A DNA stretch of 64,000 nt from a virus (taxonomy: Duplodnaviria > Caudoviricetes): the IMG/VR virus record IMGVR_UViG_3300005582_000006, positions 1 through 64,000 of that record. One strand, written 5' to 3'. Position numbers and translations under genes: made by a program. Below, piece after piece: positions 58,287 to 64,000 of the stretch (position 1 is its first letter; every line of letters starts with the position of its first letter). The notes below the pieces were generated by a model. The model had not been told where the DNA came from and ran no database searches. It saw nothing but the letters and a program-made list of their open reading frames with translations.

Positions 58287-60304
58287 GATATAATAGCCTT
58301 AATTTCTTTTTCTAAAGCAGCAATCCACTTAGGATTTTCTAATAATAATTTATACATTTTTTCTGCACCTTGAGTTTTAACCATTTTTATAGTAGCATCA
58401 TCCCAAGCTTCAGACTTTAATAGCTTTAAATGTCTTTCCATAAAATCTAATGTCATCCAAGCTCCAGCTTTATTTATAAGACCAAGCTGACAACCTAGGT
58501 TGATTGCCTCGTATGTATTATCTATTCCAATACCATATCTTATATAGCTATCTACTTCCATTCCTGGCGATCCCAAAGAACAAGATTCAATTAGCCAATG
58601 TACTTGCTGGCCAATCTGCTTGTCTTTTCCTTCCCCGCCAACAGTCCAAGGTTTATCAGACTTTACTCTCATTTGAACATCTGCTTGATATTGCAATGTT
58701 CTAGAACCTTTTTCTGTATAACCACCATACATACCTTGAGATTGAGTTAAGTGCATAATCGCCCACACCATACAGTTTTGAACAGGTACTATATTTGCTG
58801 CTTGCCTACAAAATCCAGCAAAAAGCTTATTGCCAGCCCCTCTATTCTCATAGCCAATACCTTGATCCATTTCCTTCTCATCACATAGAGCAGAAACGCT
58901 ATCTATGATGATTAAACTGCCTGGATGAGTATTGATGGCTTTAAAAGCTAAATTTAGATAGTCTTTTGCGGTAAGAATCTTTTCTTGAGTAGATCTATAG
59001 ATTGTCATCTTATTCAAATCTAAGCCAGCTATGCCCCTTAGATTCATAGGCTTTAATCGGCCCTCAATGTTTAGATAATACACATGTCTAGAACCATTCT
59101 CTGGTTTTTGACATTGAGCAGCAAAAGATAGTGAGGTAAGCGTGTTATGAGTTACAACAAAATTGTCTGTTAAATACAAACCGCTTTTATCTCTAACTGA
59201 GATACAAACACTTTGTTCTCTTCTTGTTTTCACTACAGATATTATTTTTCTGGATAAATTATTTTTTACATCTTTCTTTTTAAACTTTTCTTTTTTAAAT
59301 TCAAACAACTTCTTTTTATTTTTAATGATAATAGAACAATAATAAATAAAGTTGTCTTCATTGTTTTGATGTCTAGATATTAAACATATTCCACCTAGAG
59401 ACTGAACTAATAGTCTAAAGTCTTCAGCGAATCGCTTTGATGAAACTGTAATAATTGGAGTTTCCGTTTTTGTTATATGTGCAAAGCTGAGTATTCCTTG
59501 CAGTAGAGACATTCTATTTTCTACTGAATTATACAAATAATTTGGTGGTATAAATTTTTGAGATGTTTTTTTACCAAGAAGACCTAGCTCTCTTAACTCA
59601 TCATGTATGTTTATTGTTAATTGATTTTCTTGTTTTGTGTAAGGTGTCTTGGCTTCATTCATTAAATCGCAAATGCGATCACGAAGCTTTTCATCTTCAA
59701 TCAATGCAGTAATTTTTTTATTAAAAAATCCAACAGTAAGCAAAGCACCAAATACAAATGGGTTTATTGGAATCTTAATCGGATTAAATTTTGCTGGTGC
59801 TGTTATTGGTATTGAATACTTAGCTTTAGTGCTTTTACCTATATATATTTTGTTCATAAAATCTTTTAACATTACAGTTTTATAAGATTTTTGTTCTCTA
59901 GTTTTTATATTCCATAGATGATTTTCGCCACACTCTGCTGTTGAACCATCTGAAAATGTTACTGTATAAACATCTTTTACCCCTTGTGGATAAATACCAC
60001 AAACCATAGATGTTGTTCCATTTGGGCAACAAACCATTTCTCCATATGTAATATCGCCAATTCTTTTTGGACCATTAGCTGTATAAACTATGGCAGAGAC
60101 AGGTTGTTCTTTCCCACTTTTTGGGTGTCCAGAGCATGTGATCCAAGAACCTTCTGGTATTCCACCATGCAAACCCAAGTTTAGTGCTGGAGATAAAGGT
60201 ATTACATGTTTTTCTTCATCTAATAAGTCATTAGCATTTATAGCAATTCCTTTGCCATATTGTTTATCTACTTCTTTTAGAATTTTTTCAAGATTGTCAC
60301 TCAT
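58283..60304 (-). CDS. recA: RecA/UvsX-like recombinase containing an intein
   Basis: LGLHGGIPEG; Walker A GHPKSGK|T split by an insertion; YLNIEGRL; Walker B IIIDSVSAL. Confidence 0.9.
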   Translation of the reverse strand: MSDNLEKILKEVDKQYGKGIAINANDLLDEEKHVIPLSPALNLGLHGGIPEGSWITCSGHPKSGKEQPVSAIVYTANGPKRIGDITYGEMVCCPNGTTSMVCGIYPQGVKDVYTVTFSDGSTAECGENHLWNIKTREQKSYKTVMLKDFMNKIYIGKSTKAKYSIPITAPAKFNPIKIPINPFVFGALLTVGFFNKKITALIEDEKLRDRICDLMNEAKTPYTKQENQLTINIHDELRELGLLGKKTSQKFIPPNYLYNSVENRMSLLQGILSFAHITKTETPIITVSSKRFAEDFRLLVQSLGGICLISRHQNNEDNFIYYCSIIIKNKKKLFEFKKEKFKKKDVKNNLSRKIISVVKTRREQSVCISVRDKSGLYLTDNFVVTHNTLTSLSFAAQCQKPENGSRHVYYLNIEGRLKPMNLRGIAGLDLNKMTIYRSTQEKILTAKDYLNLAFKAINTHPGSLIIIDSVSALCDEKEMDQGIGYENRGAGNKLFAGFCRQAANIVPVQNCMVWAIMHLTQSQGMYGGYTEKGSRTLQYQADVQMRVKSDKPWTVGGEGKDKQIGQQVHWLIESCSLGSPGMEVDSYIRYGIGIDNTYEAINLGCQLGLINKAGAWMTLDFMERHLKLLKSEAWDDATIKMVKTQGAEKMYKLLLENPKWIAALEKEIKAIIS
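59144..60109 (-). mobile_element. Class 3-type intein (322 aa) with degenerate LAGLIDADG domain
   Basis: Begins EQPVSAIVYTANG; block B CGENHLW; block F SVCISV; ends FVVTHN before a +1 Thr. Confidence 0.88.
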
Positions 60305-60728
60305 TGTCTAGTTCCTTTATTCTTTTAATTAAAGATTTAGATTGTTGAAAGGTTTTTCTAATTGGAAGTTCTACAGCTTCTTTTGATTCAGTCAAGCTTG
60401 AAATTTCTTTAAAGCTTTTTTCTTCCAAAATAATTAACTTCTTAAGCCAAGGAGCACCTAATGAAAATATCTTTTTGCCTTCTTTAGATCTAAGTGCTTT
60501 AGATACAACTGCTGCATCATGATCTTTTAAGATTATATTAGCCAAATTCAATTGTTTAAAAAATTCCTTTTTCCATCTTGGTTTGTTCCAAAATTTAATA
60601 GGTAATTCTTCTAAATTTTCTTTGGCTGTTCTTTCACACATAACTTCAGCTAAGAATTGTGCTGGAGTAATCCAACCACCACCATGTCTGGATTCGTATT
60701 TGCTATCATCACTTCGTTGTTTTGCCAT
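60297..60728 (-). CDS. Hypothetical protein
   Basis: 143 aa; coupled to recA. Confidence 0.7.
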   Translation of the reverse strand: MAKQRSDDSKYESRHGGGWITPAQFLAEVMCERTAKENLEELPIKFWNKPRWKKEFFKQLNLANIILKDHDAAVVSKALRSKEGKKIFSLGAPWLKKLIILEEKSFKEISSLTESKEAVELPIRKTFQQSKSLIKRIKELDNE

Positions 60729-60730
60729 AA

Positions 60731-61147
60731 TTAATCATTCATTATTACTGGATCTATAGAAAGATTTTCTAAGATCCTATCTTCTTCATTTATTACAATT
60801 AACTCAGGAACTTTTATACTCTTTATTCGTGCAACATTGCCAATTATTTCGCCAGAAACAAAAAGATTTATGGAATAATCAGATGATAACTGTCCAATTA
60901 CCCCATTTGAAAAATAATAACCTTGTGCGTTCTCTGGAAAAGGTTCAAAAAAATTAGACCTAAACTGAAAGTAAAGCTTTGTAATCTTTAATCCAGTAGT
61001 AGTTATGTGTTTTTTTAATCTAATCCAAGCAGAGTTTATTTCTAAATTTGGCCTATCATCATCTTGATAAACTTTTGTACCATCAGATAGTACAGCTATC
61101 CATCTAGGCTTTTCAAAAATAAAATCGTCTTCTTTAGTGCAAATCAT
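60731..61147 (-). CDS. Hypothetical protein
   Basis: 138 aa; operon-style spacing. Confidence 0.65.
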   Translation of the reverse strand: MICTKEDDFIFEKPRWIAVLSDGTKVYQDDDRPNLEINSAWIRLKKHITTTGLKITKLYFQFRSNFFEPFPENAQGYYFSNGVIGQLSSDYSINLFVSGEIIGNVARIKSIKVPELIVINEEDRILENLSIDPVIMND

Positions 61148-61431
61148 ATTTTATGCCTTGTATTCTTATACCTATCTAAGAATTCATGGTTAATATTATC
61201 TTTTTTAGAATTATTGTCATCTGCAACGCCTTGTTTTTCAGTCATAGAAACTGTTCCGCTATAGATTTGAAACGCATTAGATGCTTTAGTTTTTGAAGCA
61301 TTATATAGTTCTTGAATGTCTTCAATCTTAGCACCAACTTTTTCTGCTATAGATTCAATTGTTTGTAAGTGTGAGTTTGACTTTATATAAAACTCTTTAA
61401 CTTCGTCAATAACAAACTTTTTATTTTTCAT
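61144..61431 (-). CDS. Hypothetical protein (possible HTH)
   Basis: TIESIAEKVGAKIEDI; ATGA overlaps with neighbours. Confidence 0.6.
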   Translation of the reverse strand: MKNKKFVIDEVKEFYIKSNSHLQTIESIAEKVGAKIEDIQELYNASKTKASNAFQIYSGTVSMTEKQGVADDNNSKKDNINHEFLDRYKNTRHKI

Positions 61432-61772
61432 GCTATAGCACTCCTATCTGCGTTTCTAATAAAAGATGTTTTTTTTGTGGTAAGATATGAGATATAATGA
61501 TTAAAACATTCTTCACTAACTTTTCTATAGTGGTATTTGTTTTTGCCAGTATAATTATCAAACCTTCTTAGTTCTTCAACAAGATCTGTTTCTGGATCAA
61601 ATAACTTGCTTGAACTAAAAGATGAAAGACACATTTTAACCCAATAAGAATAGGTGTTATTAGTTATATATAATGATTTTTTAGCCAAACAAAAAGGCTC
61701 ATTTGGATCTATATCATTTGCATCTTTGTCATATCCGTATGACTTTATTTCTGGATCGTCATAAATTTCCAT
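61428..61772 (-). CDS. Hypothetical protein
   Basis: 114 aa; coupled stop/start. Confidence 0.65.
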   Translation of the reverse strand: MEIYDDPEIKSYGYDKDANDIDPNEPFCLAKKSLYITNNTYSYWVKMCLSSFSSSKLFDPETDLVEELRRFDNYTGKNKYHYRKVSEECFNHYISYLTTKKTSFIRNADRSAIA

Positions 61773-62122
61773 TATTTTCTCCTAGATGTTTTAAATAAAA
61801 TATTATCTTCATCAATTACAATATCATCTAAATTTGTAATTTCAGTATAATGTTCTGAATTTTCTTTATCTTCAACAATGAATCCAGCAGCACGAAATAT
61901 TCCTTTTATTTCTGTAATAAAACTTTTATCGCTACAGTAACAACATTCTGCTACACACTTCCAAATAAATGGCGTTCCATCACTTTTCTTTTCGTTTGGT
62001 TTTACAATCAGAACATCTACTAATGGCTTATTGCAATTGCTGCACTTTATAATTACATGCCCACCATCTACCAAACCTTCTTTTGGTTTTTCTTTTTCAT
62101 CTTCTTGTTTTAACTTGCTCAT
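61772..62122 (-). CDS. Zn-ribbon hypothetical protein
   Basis: CSNC...CCYC. Confidence 0.65.
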   Translation of the reverse strand: MSKLKQEDEKEKPKEGLVDGGHVIIKCSNCNKPLVDVLIVKPNEKKSDGTPFIWKCVAECCYCSDKSFITEIKGIFRAAGFIVEDKENSEHYTEITNLDDIVIDEDNILFKTSRRK

Positions 62123-62484
62123 TTTTTTTCTCCTTTGTCTATATATTTCCTAATGTTCTTAATCTTATCAACATTTAATATTTTGTCTTGTTTTTCAAGA
62201 CCTTTTACTTTTCCAGACCTCCACCAAGGAAGCTTATTATCTGCTTCTTCTTTTTCTTTTGCAATCTTTTCTTTTATTTTTCCACCTTCTCTTTTAAAAT
62301 TTTGTTCGCTTATCTGGCCTAGTGTTTCTCCACCCTTAACATAACTAATTATGCCACCAGAAAACACTTGAACCAATTTATTTTTTTTACAACTAGGACA
62401 TTTTTCCAAATGACCTTCTGCAAAGGTACGAAATTGTTCTGTTGAAGCGTTGCAATTTTCACATGTGTATTCATAGGTTGGCAT
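62119..62484 (-). CDS. FmdB-family Zn-ribbon protein
   Basis: MPTYEYTCENC...CPSC; start re-called at 62484. Confidence 0.85.
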   Translation of the reverse strand: MPTYEYTCENCNASTEQFRTFAEGHLEKCPSCKKNKLVQVFSGGIISYVKGGETLGQISEQNFKREGGKIKEKIAKEKEEADNKLPWWRSGKVKGLEKQDKILNVDKIKNIRKYIDKGEKK

Positions 62485-62485
62485 A

Positions 62486-62728
62486 TTAAAATCCATTCTC
62501 TTCTTCTTCATCTTCGTCATCATGTAAATCAACACAATATTTCATTTTCCAAGAATCATGAGTAAACTCAAGTGCTTCTGGTGGAAAGCCATCACGCATA
62601 ACATTGGCATCTAAATCAAAATAAGCAACTAAAATTTCATTAGTCTCTTTATTTGTGTTAACAACAGTCATTGGCATACTTCCAGATTTTAAACAAACAA
62701 CATCACCATTTTGAAATGACTCATTCAT
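62486..62728 (-). CDS. YodC/DUF2158-family small protein
   Basis: FQNGDVVCLKSGSMPMTV...FPPEAL; start re-called at 62728 after SD GAGG. Confidence 0.8.
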   Translation of the reverse strand: MNESFQNGDVVCLKSGSMPMTVVNTNKETNEILVAYFDLDANVMRDGFPPEALEFTHDSWKMKYCVDLHDDEDEEEENGF

Positions 62729-62780
62729 AATTACCTCTATATATATTAGTGGATTGTTAATATAGGTAGTCATAAAACAT

Positions 62781-62831
62781 ATTATACAATTCTTCGTTTA
62801 AAGTACCAATATTAAACCCGCATACTTTAAA
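62781..62831 (-). promoter_or_regulatory. Sigma70-like promoter overlapped by a 9-bp inverted repeat
   Basis: On the - strand: TTGGTA (62809-62804), 17-nt spacer, TATAAT (62786-62781). Inverted repeat TTTAAAGTA (62797-62805) / TACTTTAAA (62823-62831). Confidence 0.6.
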
Positions 62832-62921
62832 GGTTTCTCTTTTTAGCACTTTTTATTTTTTTCTTTTTAAGTTTTTTAATCCTACAAGAACATCTTTTTG
62901 ATCTTTTCAAGCTGGTTCTTA

Positions 62922-64000
62922 TCATATTAAACACGCACCGCCAGCACAAGCTAGTTCGCCTTGTATATTTATTGTAGACTTTTCTTCTAATACATTTAAA
63001 TAGTTTACTTCTGAATAACTATCTATTAGCTTATTCCATAAGTCTAAATTGTACGCATCCTTAAGTGCATAAGTGGCATACTTTATATTGGAACTAAAAC
63101 ACTGATCAGAGTATGTTTTGATTAATTTTTTCCACTCTTCTTGTTTTTCATCTTTTGGTTCAAAATAACCAAGAACACAAGAACACGCATCCCACAAAGA
63201 TTTAAAGTTATACTCAGAAAATTTTGGATAAATTTCATAAGCACTAGATGTGGCTTCAAAACCCCAATTTTTTATTTGTTCTTCAATTGAATAAACTGCT
63301 GTAAATGGAGCTTGATTGTAATCTTTATCCCCAGTAGCAGCTATAAGCGATATTCCAGCAAGATCTGCACGATGATCATAGATGTAGTCTTTTACCTTAT
63401 CCCACTCATCATCTTGAACATGTATTGTATTAGATACATTATGATTTAATTCTTTTCTAATGCAAAGCTCTGGATTTTTACCAGACACTACCCAATTCTT
63501 ATAGGTTGACACAACATTGTCTAGCATAGATATGGCATCTATTTCTTCCTTAAGTACTGTTCCCTCTTGGGTTTGCACACAAAACCTTATACAATCATCT
63601 GTCTTGTTAGATGACCATACAGACTCTTCGCAAGCTTGAGGGTTAATGGTTTTAAAATATTGATAAGGAGATTCAAGCTGATTAGCTTGGACAATACGGA
63701 AATACCTCTTGCTATGATCTGGATGAATGCCTGATGTTGAACCTAATAGTGCAGCAGAATTACCTTCTGGTTTGACACAAGTCGTTCTAGCAGCAGGGTT
63801 TATGTTTAAAATAGATGCGTACTTTTTATTTATGTTTTTTACTATTTCAGCACCTTTCTGCTGAATTTCTGGATTTAGTAATATTTTTGGATGATGCTGC
63901 ATACCATTAATTGAAACGCCCAATAATGCCTCTTTACGAGCGATAAGTTCTGTAACATGACCCAAGTATGGAAAATTGGTAAAAGATGCTTGTAATGTAC
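62922..64000 (-). CDS. nrdJ: Class II (adenosylcobalamin-dependent) ribonucleotide reductase, C-terminal part (5'-truncated by the window)
   Basis: Frame is open to the window edge (TLQASFTNFPYL); TTCVKPEG, HNVSNT and a C-terminal ACAGGAC redox pair. Confidence 0.85.
   Translation of the reverse strand, partial: TLQASFTNFPYLGHVTELIARKEALLGVSINGMQHHPKILLNPEIQQKGAEIVKNINKKYASILNINPAARTTCVKPEGNSAALLGSTSGIHPDHSKRYFRIVQANQLESPYQYFKTINPQACEESVWSSNKTDDCIRFCVQTQEGTVLKEEIDAISMLDNVVSTYKNWVVSGKNPELCIRKELNHNVSNTIHVQDDEWDKVKDYIYDHRADLAGISLIAATGDKDYNQAPFTAVYSIEEQIKNWGFEATSSAYEIYPKFSEYNFKSLWDACSCVLGYFEPKDEKQEEWKKLIKTYSDQCFSSNIKYATYALKDAYNLDLWNKLIDSYSEVNYLNVLEEKSTINIQGELACAGGACLI

Noticed and set aside
1-64000. 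Alternative genetic code, tRNA/rRNA genes, or a cellular origin
   Set aside because: Genes tile densely under the standard code using all three stops; the intergenic gaps are short and no tRNA/rRNA was recognised. Tail genes plus a compact replication module indicate a phage, and no integrase or host flank is seen.

Overview
AT-rich, densely coding fragment of a large tailed (jumbo-type, probably siphovirus-like) bacteriophage genome, read in the standard genetic code, with two convergent blocks. The + strand (1-35467) is a virion morphogenesis block: a Pro-Thr mucin-like protein, putative neck/head-tail proteins, a GT2 glycosyltransferase, the major tail protein, chaperone-like genes, a 5110-aa tape measure protein (TMP), tail-tip proteins and a Cys-rich/Thr-Ser-linker protein. 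A recurrent GGTGTATW motif precedes several of these genes. The - strand (35439-64000) carries replication, recombination and nucleotide genes: class II RNR, intein-containing RecA, DnaB, DnaG, dNMP kinase, Cas4-like nuclease, NUDIX, a DnaE split into two genes around a DnaQ-like exonuclease, SSB and a Rad52-like annealase. It also holds a ~10 kb glycosyltransferase/sugar-modification cluster with PhoH. The most striking observation is that the giant TMP looks like a modular polyprotein. About 20 hydrophobic-x-x-GG motifs and seven DTVPAMLTPGE modules bracket non-TMP cargo segments: a PD-(D/E)xK-like domain, a DnaJ J-domain (HPD), one or two mimics of the PilC/GspF N-terminal peptide, and glycine-zipper/hydrophobic segments. 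This suggests delivery of host-modulating effectors inside the tail. Other candidates are a virion O-glycosylation system, an intein-free split DnaE, and a Glu-initiated class 3 intein with a dead homing endonuclease. All family assignments are by motif recognition only; no searches were run.
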